Virus record (IMG/VR): IMGVR_UViG_2706794691_000017
Strand: one strand, 5' to 3'
DNA length: 5,321 bases
Source of the DNA: a virus
Lineage: Duplodnaviria > Heunggongvirae > Uroviricota > Caudoviricetes
The position numbers were made by a program, and so were the translations under genes. A model generated the notes under the pieces. The model was not told the DNA's origin. It saw only the letters and a list, made by a program, of their open reading frames with translations, and made no database searches. Every line of letters starts with the position of its first letter. Position 1 is the first letter of the stretch. Shown here piece by piece: positions 1 to 5,321 of the stretch.

Positions 1-1083
1 ATGAAAAAATTAACAGTGGCAATTTCTGCTGTAGCTGCATCAGTACTGATGGCGATGTCTGCTCAGGCAGCTGAAATTTATAATAAAGACAGTAACAAGC
101 TGGATCTGTACGGGAAAGTTAATGCTAAGCACTACTTCTCCTCTAATGATGCAGATGATGGTGATACTACTTATGCCCGTCTTGGCTTCAAAGGTGAAAC
201 CCAAATCAACGATCAACTGACTGGTTTCGGTCAGTGGGAATATGAATTCAAAGGCAACCGCGCTGAATCTCAAGGTTCCTCCAAAGATAAAACCCGTCTT
301 GCCTTCGCTGGCCTGAAATTCGGTGACTACGGCTCCATCGATTACGGCCGTAACTACGGTGTAGCATACGACATCGGTGCGTGGACTGACGTCCTGCCAG
401 AATTCGGTGGTGACACTTGGACTCAAACAGATGTGTTCATGACTGGTCGCACCACTGGTGTTGCAACTTATCGTAACAACGACTTCTTTGGTCTGGTTGA
501 TGGTCTGAACTTTGCTGCTCAGTATCAGGGTAAAAATGACCGCACTGACGTAACTGAAGCTAATGGTGATGGTTTCGGTTTCTCCACTACTTATGAGTAT
601 GAAGGATTCGGTGTAGGTGCAACCTATGCTAAATCTGACCGCACTAATAATCAGGTTATCTACGGTAACAACAGCCTGAATGCATCTGGTCAAAATGCTG
701 AAGTATGGGCAGCTGGTCTGAAATATGATGCGAACAACATCTATCTGGCTACCACCTATTCTGAAACCCAGAACATGACTGTTTTTGGTAATAACCATAT
801 TGCCAACAAAGCACAAAACTTCGAAGTAGTTGCACAATATCAGTTCGACTTCGGTCTGCGTCCGTCCGTTGCTTACCTGCAATCTAAAGGAAAAGACTTG
901 GGTGCGTGGGGTGATCAGGACCTGGTTGAATATATTGATGTAGGTGCAACCTATTACTTCAACAAAAATATGTCCACTTTTGTTGATTACAAAATCAACC
1001 TGATTGATAAGAGCGATTTCACGAAAGCATCTGGCGTTGCTACCGATGATATCGTTGCTGTAGGTATGGTTTACCAGTTCTAA
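1..1083 (+). CDS. nmpC: Outer membrane general porin, NmpC/Lc/OmpD-like (OmpC/OmpF/PhoE family), apparently intact
   Basis: 360-aa ORF with a classic Sec signal peptide ([30 protein letters not shown]), porin-typical Gly/Tyr/Asp-rich beta-strand composition, and the C-terminal aromatic residue (..VYQF) needed for outer-membrane insertion. The protein matches my recollection of E. coli NmpC. Lies convergent to the phage Q gene, as in DLP12. Confidence 0.9.
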   Translation: MKKLTVAISAVAASVLMAMSAQAAEIYNKDSNKLDLYGKVNAKHYFSSNDADDGDTTYARLGFKGETQINDQLTGFGQWEYEFKGNRAESQGSSKDKTRLAFAGLKFGDYGSIDYGRNYGVAYDIGAWTDVLPEFGGDTWTQTDVFMTGRTTGVATYRNNDFFGLVDGLNFAAQYQGKNDRTDVTEANGDGFGFSTTYEYEGFGVGATYAKSDRTNNQVIYGNNSLNASGQNAEVWAAGLKYDANNIYLATTYSETQNMTVFGNNHIANKAQNFEVVAQYQFDFGLRPSVAYLQSKGKDLGAWGDQDLVEYIDVGATYYFNKNMSTFVDYKINLIDKSDFTKASGVATDDIVAVGMVYQF

Positions 1084-1099
1084 TTTGATTACTAAAAGA

Positions 1100-1133
1100 T
1101 ATGTTGCGGGAGGCTTTGCCTCCCCAACATATA
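1100..1133 (-). terminator. GC-rich imperfect hairpin with a U-tract on the minus-strand side; candidate terminator for minus-strand (Q/late) transcripts, possibly tR'-like
   Basis: Arms gttgcgggaggc (1103-1114) and gcctccccaac (1118-1128) with a ttt loop. On the minus strand the hairpin is followed by AUAUCUUUUAGU. On the plus strand it is not followed by a T-run. Confidence 0.4.
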
Positions 1134-1154
1134 AGTGGCTCCCTCAAGCCACTT
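1133..1154. repeat. Perfect 8-bp inverted repeat (aagtggct / agccactt) with 6-nt loop; stem-loop of unknown role
   Basis: Read directly: aagtggct ccctca agccactt. No clear U-tract on either side. Confidence 0.35.
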
Positions 1155-1220
1155 CCTTTAGGAGCACAACCTTGCTTCTAACTATATAAACCTTCTGTTA
1201 TATATTACCCTTTATTTTTG

Positions 1221-1254
1221 GGGGCGTTGCAACGCCCCATTTTTAATAATTTTT
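1221..1254 (+). terminator. Rho-independent terminator, plus-strand orientation (likely terminates nmpC transcript)
   Basis: Perfect palindrome ggggcgttgcaacgcccc (1221-1238) immediately followed by atttttaataattttt. On the minus strand the same hairpin is followed by an A-run, so it is unidirectional. Confidence 0.55.
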
Positions 1255-1271
1255 AGTAAACAATTGGCATA

Positions 1272-1655
1272 TTAATTAGAGTTATTAACAACGATATCCA
1301 TCTCTAACCGGATATCTAATGCCATTAACATCCCTTCAATTATGCCCTCAGCCTTCTGTAACCTTTTCCCGATATAACCATCAGAGCAGCAATGCTTACC
1401 TGCCAGTGACATGAATGTCATACCGACTACATAATAATCTACTAATAAATCGTGCAAATCGCTGTTGTTCTTTTTCAGACGGGCCATGCACCCGCAAATA
1501 ATCATCGCGTCATCGTCACAACATTGCGGGCGAGATTTTACTTTTGAAGTAATTAATCCCTTAAAACCGGCGGCAATGGACGACCAGGTCACATCTTCAT
1601 GATTATTAGCCGCCCACGCTCCCCAACGCTCAAGAACCATCTGAATATCACGCAT
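1272..1655 (-). CDS. quuD: Late-gene antiterminator Q, phage 82 / QuuD type
   Basis: Translation [26 protein letters not shown]...[16 protein letters not shown]...DIVVNNSN matches my recollection of DLP12 QuuD (127 aa), with Cys-rich putative zinc-binding motifs. ATG at 1655 is preceded by GGAG with 7-nt spacing. The ORF track's 1670 start is an upstream in-frame TTG, which I consider less likely. Confidence 0.85.
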   Translation of the reverse strand: MRDIQMVLERWGAWAANNHEDVTWSSIAAGFKGLITSKVKSRPQCCDDDAMIICGCMARLKKNNSDLHDLLVDYYVVGMTFMSLAGKHCCSDGYIGKRLQKAEGIIEGMLMALDIRLEMDIVVNNSN

Positions 1656-1740
1656 CAACTTACTCCACAAAAATCAGACCAGAACGCCAATTACAAGCAA
1701 AAATCAACAAAACAGTATTAGTTGATTGTTATCTCTGACT

Positions 1741-1881
1741 TCATACTCCTGCTCCTGTCAGGGTTTTGGCGTAATTCTTCAGTATTCGGTAATCGGTCAA
1801 AACAGAACCGGGGAAACGATATAAGCGCAGATGCCCCCAGCGGTGGCGAAGAAGTTCTGCCATATAAAACTCAAACATCAT
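1741..1881 (-). CDS. ylcG: Small protein, ylcG-like (46 aa), overlapping the rusA stop
   Basis: Manual translation of the minus strand gives [46 protein letters not shown]. It sits in the rusA-to-Q position that ylcG occupies in DLP12. Below the length cutoff of the supplied ORF track. Start could alternatively be the ATG at 1878 or 1863. Confidence 0.5.
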   Translation of the reverse strand: MMFEFYMAELLRHRWGHLRLYRFPGSVLTDYRILKNYAKTLTGAGV

Positions 1882-2240
1882 TCATTCCCCATTTCGGTGA
1901 TGGTCAGTTCCAGCCTCCCACCTTTGGTAACAGGCATCTTCACAACGCGGTAATCAACGACCTGAGCATCATCCAGCCAGAAACCTGCTTTGGTGAGTGC
2001 GTCAAAAGCGGCTTTTTGCAGATTATCCAGGTCACGGCGACGGCGATCCGGCATGTGGCACTCAATACGGATTTTCACTGGCATAGCCAGGCCGATATCC
2101 AGCATTGCGTTTTTAATGATTCGGGTGACGTTATCGCGGTATGCCTGCCCTTCTGCGCTGATGTGTGTGCGCCCGCGATTATGGCGGTAATAGCGGTTAT
2201 TGCTCGGAGGCCAGGGTAATGTGATGCTGTAGGTATTCAC
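1878..2240 (-). CDS. rusA: Holliday-junction resolvase RusA (crossover junction endodeoxyribonuclease)
   Basis: 120-aa translation [38 protein letters not shown]...[11 protein letters not shown] matches my recollection of RusA. GTG start overlaps the ybcO stop (GTGA). Confidence 0.9.
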   Translation of the reverse strand: MNTYSITLPWPPSNNRYYRHNRGRTHISAEGQAYRDNVTRIIKNAMLDIGLAMPVKIRIECHMPDRRRRDLDNLQKAAFDALTKAGFWLDDAQVVDYRVVKMPVTKGGRLELTITEMGNE

Positions 2241-2527
2241 GCCTTAATAACCCCCTCTTTCAGCCAGATAACCTGCGTTCTCGCCATACCTTCCAGCGCG
2301 CATTCTTTTGCATACTCAGCATCGACAAAATATGTGCGGCGGTCGATTTCGTCGTGACAGGCAGAACATGCAATGGTGGCAATCAGGTCTGGCGGTTTGA
2401 TACCGGTACCGCACAATCCAGCCAGCCGGATATGTGCCAGTACTGACGTTTCAGGATTGCCATTACATACGCCAGGGATTCTTACCTGGCATTCCCGACC
2501 ACGCGCTGCTTTTCTCAAATCAGCCAT
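2237..2527 (-). CDS. ybcO: YbcO-family protein (DUF1364; Cys-rich putative nuclease/zinc-binding protein of the nin region)
   Basis: 96-aa product [42 protein letters not shown]...[11 protein letters not shown].., starting at the ATG at 2527 with a strong upstream SD (AAGGAGGA). The ORF-track start at 2566 is an upstream in-frame ATG lacking an SD. Start overlaps the ninE stop (ATGGCTGA). Confidence 0.8.
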   Translation of the reverse strand: MADLRKAARGRECQVRIPGVCNGNPETSVLAHIRLAGLCGTGIKPPDLIATIACSACHDEIDRRTYFVDAEYAKECALEGMARTQVIWLKEGVIKA

Positions 2528-2690
2528 GATTCCTCCTTGCTGCCAGTCGCAACCATTTTTTATCAACCAGGCTAGCGGTATATCCGAGCAGTGTTGGTAT
2601 TTCGGATGGCTTCAGCTCAGGCTTACGCTTACGACGATTTGATACTCTGTAGATGTGCCCGTTCATGACACGAATAAGCGGTGTAGCCAT
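2520..2690 (-). CDS. ninE: NinE-family protein (56 aa)
   Basis: Manual translation [59 protein letters not shown] overlaps the ybcN stop (TAATG) and the stop overlaps the ybcO start. Below the ORF-track length cutoff. Confidence 0.75.
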   Translation of the reverse strand: MATPLIRVMNGHIYRVSNRRKRKPELKPSEIPTLLGYTASLVDKKWLRLAARRNHG

Positions 2691-3145
2691 TACGCCTCCT
2701 GCTTATCGCGCAGCTGCTGGTATTCACAGCTCTGCGGAATTGTCAGGTGGCAGCCGATATTCATCGCCCAGGCTTCGACTTTGCACAGGAAGATGTACAT
2801 CTCGCCGGTTTCCAGCTCTGACGTATGGCGGAGGGATTGGACGGTGGTGACCTCGCCGGACACGACATCTACACGGTCTTTGCTTTCGTAGCCGAGATAG
2901 GTGTGCTTCATCGCGTCTTTGACCCACTCAGGCGTAGCGAAGGTCTTGCCGCGGGCGATGAGATATTCGCTGATCTCCGTGTACCACATGTGGCTGAGCG
3001 CGTTCTGCGACAGGCTGCGCTTCTCGCGCCACGGCTTAACCTGCAGGCGTAAGCATTGCCCGGCATCCAGCAATGGCTGAATCTGCTGGCCGATGGCCGC
3101 GAAGTTACCGCGATGGAGTTTGATGCCGTCTACTGGCAGAGTCAT
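2690..3145 (-). CDS. ybcN: YbcN-family prophage protein (nin-region; reported base-flipping DNA-binding protein in E. coli)
   Basis: 151-aa ORF MTLPVDGIKLHRGNFAAIGQQIQPLLDAGQCLRLQVKPWREKRSLSQNALSHMWYTEISEYL.. matches my recollection of DLP12 YbcN. SD GGGAGG upstream. ATG overlaps the stop of the upstream small ORF (ATGA). Confidence 0.85.
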   Translation of the reverse strand: MTLPVDGIKLHRGNFAAIGQQIQPLLDAGQCLRLQVKPWREKRSLSQNALSHMWYTEISEYLIARGKTFATPEWVKDAMKHTYLGYESKDRVDVVSGEVTTVQSLRHTSELETGEMYIFLCKVEAWAMNIGCHLTIPQSCEYQQLRDKQEA

Positions 3146-3237
3146 ACGGCCTCCCTAACGGAAACCGCAGAATGCAGAAAATCGCAGGTGCATTTCTGCA
3201 TCTGTGACAAGGTGATGAGTTCAGATTGTGGTCGCAT
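3142..3237 (-). CDS. ylcH: Small ORF (31 aa), ylcH-like, translationally coupled to ybcN
   Basis: Manual translation MRPQSELITLSQMQKCTCDFLHSAVSVREAV*. Preceded by an in-frame stop and an AGGGGA SD-like sequence. TGA overlaps the ybcN ATG. Identity as ylcH is from synteny and recollection only. Confidence 0.4.
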   Translation of the reverse strand: MRPQSELITLSQMQKCTCDFLHSAVSVREAV

Positions 3238-3365
3238 TTAAGTCCCCTTAAATGCGCAGAAGTCACCGGAGTTGTTCAGGCTCCGATGAGAGGATTATGG
3301 CGGATTGATTACGATAAATCAAAACTATCTTGAAGCCAAAACAGTGATCTTCGCTTTAAAAACCT

Positions 3366-3373
3366 TGTATACT
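3366..3373 (+). promoter_or_regulatory. Candidate extended -10 element (TG + TATACT) upstream of the AT-rich cassette; no convincing -35
   Basis: Sequence ttgTATACT lies about 37 nt upstream of the ATG at 3410. A TTGAAG at 3330-3335 is too far away (about 32 nt) to serve as its -35. Sequence-gazing only. Confidence 0.25.
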
Positions 3374-3409
3374 TTCACCTAATCACAGCCAGAACTATGG
3401 ATCTAACCA

Positions 3410-3787
3410 ATGACCAACAAAGAAAACAAAGATAAATATATTAACAAGTTCAAGAAAGAGCTTTCAAAATATATACAACCAACTGCTGGAGTGGACATTC
3501 AATTATTTAACTCTAAGGATGGTGGTGGTGTAATTAAAGCCACTTTGAATAGAAGTGGAAAAAGAAAATCATCTATTGCTGGTAATTTTACTAAATTAGG
3601 TGAGGCAATTACCTCGAGTGGGCAGAGGGTTTTTGGTGGTGATCTATCAAATGTGAATTTTTACGGAACAAATACGATTTTTGATGGAGATACAATATTT
3701 TTAATTAAATCACCTGATTCAGAGGAGTGGTCATCACAAAAAGCTTCCAAAGACGTAGAGGGCATCGTATTTGGAGGGAAAAAATGA
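3410..3787 (+). CDS. Hypothetical protein, 125 aa, hydrophilic, Gly/Lys/Ser-rich, no signal peptide or TM segment; unassigned family (cassette gene A)
   Basis: Long uninterrupted ORF in a strongly AT-rich context. Product MTNKENKDKYINKFKKELSKYIQ...GGDLSNVNFYGTNTIFDGDTIFLIKSPDSEEW...GIVFGGKK. Weak or absent SD. I do not recognise the family. Confidence 0.6.
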   Translation: MTNKENKDKYINKFKKELSKYIQPTAGVDIQLFNSKDGGGVIKATLNRSGKRKSSIAGNFTKLGEAITSSGQRVFGGDLSNVNFYGTNTIFDGDTIFLIKSPDSEEWSSQKASKDVEGIVFGGKK

Positions 3788-3869
3788 TTAACATTACTAC
3801 TAAGGATGCACTCAAGTCAGTGGTGAAGTAAGAGATCTAGTAATTCTTCTTGAAACTGATGGAAAAACG

Positions 3870-4211
3870 GTGTCTGATTATTTGCAGCCAATCCCTCCCA
3901 AAAAAGATACACACTGGAGCATGATTTTCATTCCGGTAGCAATTTATATACTACTTAATCTTGTATACATTATTGCTCACCCATTATTTCCTGAAAAATA
4001 TCTAAAAACATCAACATCTATATTTCTATTCATTTCCTTCATATTAAGTGCAATAGTAGCATATTTTGTTTTCCATAAGCATAAATCTGCCACTCTATCC
4101 ATATGCAGCTTAGTGTTCTTAGTGTTAATTGTAGGTGCTAACGTAGGGTTTATCAGTTACAGCGACCTAACACAAAAAGCGACGCAAAAATTAGATAGTT
4201 TGTCTAAATAA
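3870..4211 (+). CDS. Hypothetical small integral membrane protein, 113 aa, about 3 predicted TM helices; unassigned family (cassette gene B)
   Basis: GTG start at 3870 (an internal ATG at 3918 is an alternative). Hydrophobic stretches WSMIFIPVAIYILLNLVYIIA, TSIFLFISFILSAIVAYFVF and LSICSLVFLVLIVGANVGFI are separated by short charged loops (PEKYLK, HKHKSAT). AT-rich codon usage matches gene A. Confidence 0.6.
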   Translation: MSDYLQPIPPKKDTHWSMIFIPVAIYILLNLVYIIAHPLFPEKYLKTSTSIFLFISFILSAIVAYFVFHKHKSATLSICSLVFLVLIVGANVGFISYSDLTQKATQKLDSLSK

Positions 4212-4218
4212 TTATGTT

Positions 4219-4266
4219 GCCATGCGAAGTATGCATGGCTGCATGTCTGCCTTCCATTTAAAATGG
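4219..4266 (+). other. Inverted repeats downstream of cassette gene B (gccatgc..gcatggc stem; palindrome ccatttaaaatgg); possible weak terminator or site
   Basis: 7-bp stem at 4219-4225 / 4233-4239 with 7-nt loop, and a 13-bp palindrome at 4254-4266. No strong U-tract. Confidence 0.2.
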
Positions 4267-4318
4267 GCTAAGACCTATAACCCTAAATATTATTCTTTAT
4301 TATCTTCTTTACCACTTC

Positions 4319-4341
4319 GGTGATGCTGCCAACTTACTGAT
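4319..4341 (+). repeat. IS1 left terminal inverted repeat (IRL)
   Basis: GGTGATGCTGCCAACTTACTGAT, imperfect inverted match to 5064-5086. Confidence 0.85.
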
Positions 4342-4373
4342 TTAGTGTATGATGGTGTTTTTGAGGTGCTCCA

Positions 4374-4577
4374 GTGGCTTCTGTTTCTATCAGCTGTCCC
4401 TCCTGTTCAGCTACTGACGGGGTGGTGCGTAACGGCAAAAGCACTGCCGGACATCAGCGCTATCTCTGCTCTCACTGCCGTAAAACATGGCAACTGCAGT
4501 TCACTTACACCGCTTCTCAACCCGGTACGCACCAGAAAATCATTGATATTGTCAGCGCCAGTGATATAAGACGGTAA
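4374..4577 (+). CDS. insA: IS1 InsA, C-terminally truncated variant (66 aa; canonical InsA is 91 aa)
   Basis: GTG start. [58 protein letters not shown] matches the InsA zinc-finger N-terminus, then diverges (IVSASDIRR*) and stops at the TAA at 4575-4577, upstream of the slippery site. Confidence 0.7.
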   Translation: MASVSISCPSCSATDGVVRNGKSTAGHQRYLCSHCRKTWQLQFTYTASQPGTHQKIIDIVSASDIRR

Positions 4578-4585
4578 TTCGCCAT

Positions 4586-5071
4586 TTGGATTGTCCGCTC
4601 CACCCAACAGATTTTACGTCACTTAAAAAACTCAGGCCGCAGTCGGTAACCTCGCGCATACAGCCGGGCAGTGACGTCATCGTCTGCGCGGAAATGGACG
4701 AACAGTGGGGCTATGTCGGGGCTAAATCGCGCCAGCGCTGGCTGTTTTACGCGTATGACAGTCTCCGGAAGACGGTTGTTGCGCACGTATTCGGTGAACG
4801 CACTATGGCGACGCTGGGGCGTCTTATGAGCCTGCTGTCACCCTTTGACGTGGTGATATGGATGACGGATGGCTGGCCGCTGTATGAATCCCGCCTGAAG
4901 GGAAAGCTGCACGTAATCAGCAAGCGATATACGCAGCGAATTGAGCGGCATAACCTGAATCTGAGGCAGCACCTGGCACGGCTGGGACGGAAGTCGCTGT
5001 CGTTCTCAAAATCGGTGGAGCTGCATGACAAAGTCATCGGGCATTATCTGAACATAAAACACTATCAATAA
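4586..5071 (+). CDS. insB: IS1 InsB reading frame (transposase catalytic part); N-terminus differs from canonical
   Basis: From ..[50 protein letters not shown]... to ..HYLNIKHYQ* matches InsB. The first 8 residues (MDCPLHPT) come from the divergent block. Confidence 0.75.
   Translation: MDCPLHPTDFTSLKKLRPQSVTSRIQPGSDVIVCAEMDEQWGYVGAKSRQRWLFYAYDSLRKTVVAHVFGERTMATLGRLMSLLSPFDVVIWMTDGWPLYESRLKGKLHVISKRYTQRIERHNLNLRQHLARLGRKSLSFSKSVELHDKVIGHYLNIKHYQ
4623..4631 (+). promoter_or_regulatory. IS1 programmed -1 ribosomal frameshift motif (TTAAAAAAC) that normally produces the InsAB' transposase
   Basis: Motif read directly, in the conserved position relative to insB. The upstream insA frame is interrupted by a stop in this copy. 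Confidence 0.6.
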
Positions 5072-5086
5072 GTTGGAGTCATTACC
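5064..5086 (-). repeat. IS1 right terminal inverted repeat (IRR)
   Basis: Reverse complement GGTAATGACTCCAACTTATTGAT. Confidence 0.85.
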
Positions 5087-5321
5087 GTGCGATGGCATAT
5101 TTTATGTTGTCATTAATGATTTCAATAATATGTGGAAGGTGATGGAATTTCAGCAACAGATCTATTGCCTCTTGTTGCTCTGAATCATTTAAATCGAAAA
5201 ACCAGTCACCACCGCTGGCAAGCCACATATTTCCATCGCCAGTTTCGAATGCATCCAACGCCATCGCTTCGTGGTTGCCTTTAACCGACGTAAACCAGGG
5301 GTGGTTTAGCAGGCGCAGCAC
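5082..5321 (-). pseudogene. Lambda-type Ser/Thr protein phosphatase (metallophosphoesterase, NinI/PPase-like), 3'-truncated at the IS1 junction; 5' end beyond window
   Basis: Translation ..HPWFTSVKGNHEAMALDAFETGDGNMWLASGGDWFFDLNDSEQQEAIDLLLKFHHLPHIIEIINDNIKYAIA aligns with the lambda PPase region FPWFRAVRGNHEQMM...GGGWFFNLDYD...LPLIIELVSKDKKYVI, including the GNHE motif. The ORF then runs into the IS1 right end (junction 5086/5087), where a stop (5082-5084) occurs. The expected C-terminal third is absent. Confidence 0.75.

Larger units (their letters stand above)
4319..5086 (+). mobile_element. Insertion sequence IS1 (768 bp), complete ends, variant internal sequence
   Basis: Left end GGTGATGCTGCCAACTTACTGAT at 4319-4341 and right end ATCAATAAGTTGGAGTCATTACC at 5064-5086 (reverse complement GGTAATGACTCCAACTTATTGAT). 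Length is exactly 768 bp. Encodes InsA and InsB homologues with the A6C slippery site. Confidence 0.9.

Noticed and set aside
40-882. 280-aa ORF on the minus strand
   Set aside because: Entirely antisense to the well-supported porin gene; low-complexity translation typical of a shadow ORF.
1722-2219. 165-aa and 66-aa plus-strand ORFs (1722..2219, 1990..2190)
   Set aside because: Antisense to rusA and ylcG, whose products are recognisable; no SD and an implausible product.
3172-3201. 9-bp inverted repeat (atgcagaaa ... tttctgcat) with 12-bp spacer, initially considered an operator upstream of ybcN
   Set aside because: It lies inside the coding sequence of the ylcH-like ORF coupled to ybcN, so an operator role is not supported; possibly coincidental.
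2373-3241. Plus-strand ORFs 2373..2642, 2653..2850, 2655..2891, 2825..3052 and 3056..3241, and minus-strand 2724..2927
   Set aside because: All overlap the translationally coupled ybcO/ninE/ybcN/ylcH genes on the opposite strand or in alternative frames; Arg/Pro-rich translations typical of out-of-frame reading of GC-rich coding DNA.
3784-3831. 15-codon mini-ORF (MINITTKDALKSVVK) overlapping the stop of cassette gene A
   Set aside because: Too short and without an SD to call; likely chance.
3859-3924. 21-codon ORF starting at the ATG at 3859, in a different frame from cassette gene B
   Set aside because: Short and overlaps the better-supported membrane-protein frame.
4345-4607. ORFs 4345..4569 (+) and 4407..4607 (-) inside IS1
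   Set aside because: Alternative-frame and antisense overlaps of insA; not known IS1 products.
4550-4609. Possibility that the divergent IS1 block is an inversion or base shuffle of the canonical segment
   Set aside because: Its reverse complement does not match the canonical segment as I recall it, and the base composition differs (A15 T15 G13 C17 versus about A12 T11 G20 C17), so it is neither a simple inversion nor a permutation.
4747-5037. 96-aa minus-strand ORF inside IS1
   Set aside because: Antisense to insB; Arg/Cys/Ser-rich translation typical of a shadow ORF.
1-5321. Search for CRISPR repeats, tRNA/rRNA genes and integrase/att sites
   Set aside because: No regularly spaced direct repeats, no tRNA-like cloverleaf candidates and no integrase homologue were seen by eye in this window.

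Overview
This window reads as the reverse-complemented nin-Q segment of a DLP12-like lambdoid prophage of Escherichia/Enterobacteriaceae, interrupted by a low-GC two-gene cassette and a complete IS1. From left to right: an intact NmpC/Lc-type porin gene (1..1083, +), a convergent hairpin/terminator cluster (1100..1254), then a minus-strand, translationally coupled phage block of Q antiterminator (QuuD-like), ylcG-like, rusA, ybcO, ninE, ybcN and ylcH-like (1272..3237). Next comes an AT-rich stretch (approx 3300..4318, roughly 25-38% GC by hand count of two 60-nt samples, versus about 55% in one flanking phage sample) carrying two plus-strand ORFs I cannot assign to any family: a 125-aa glycine/lysine-rich soluble protein and a 113-aa protein with three predicted transmembrane helices. 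This cassette is the best candidate for an undescribed accessory module, possibly phage defence, superinfection exclusion or toxin/immunity, but that is inference only. It is followed by a 768-bp IS1 (4319..5086) with intact terminal inverted repeats but no flanking target-site duplication and an apparently substituted 60-bp internal block that truncates InsA. IS1 abuts the 5' part of a lambda-type Ser/Thr phosphatase gene (5087..5321, -) whose 3' part is missing. No tRNA, rRNA or CRISPR array was seen. All homology statements rest on recognising the translated proteins and on my recollection of reference sequences; no database search was run.
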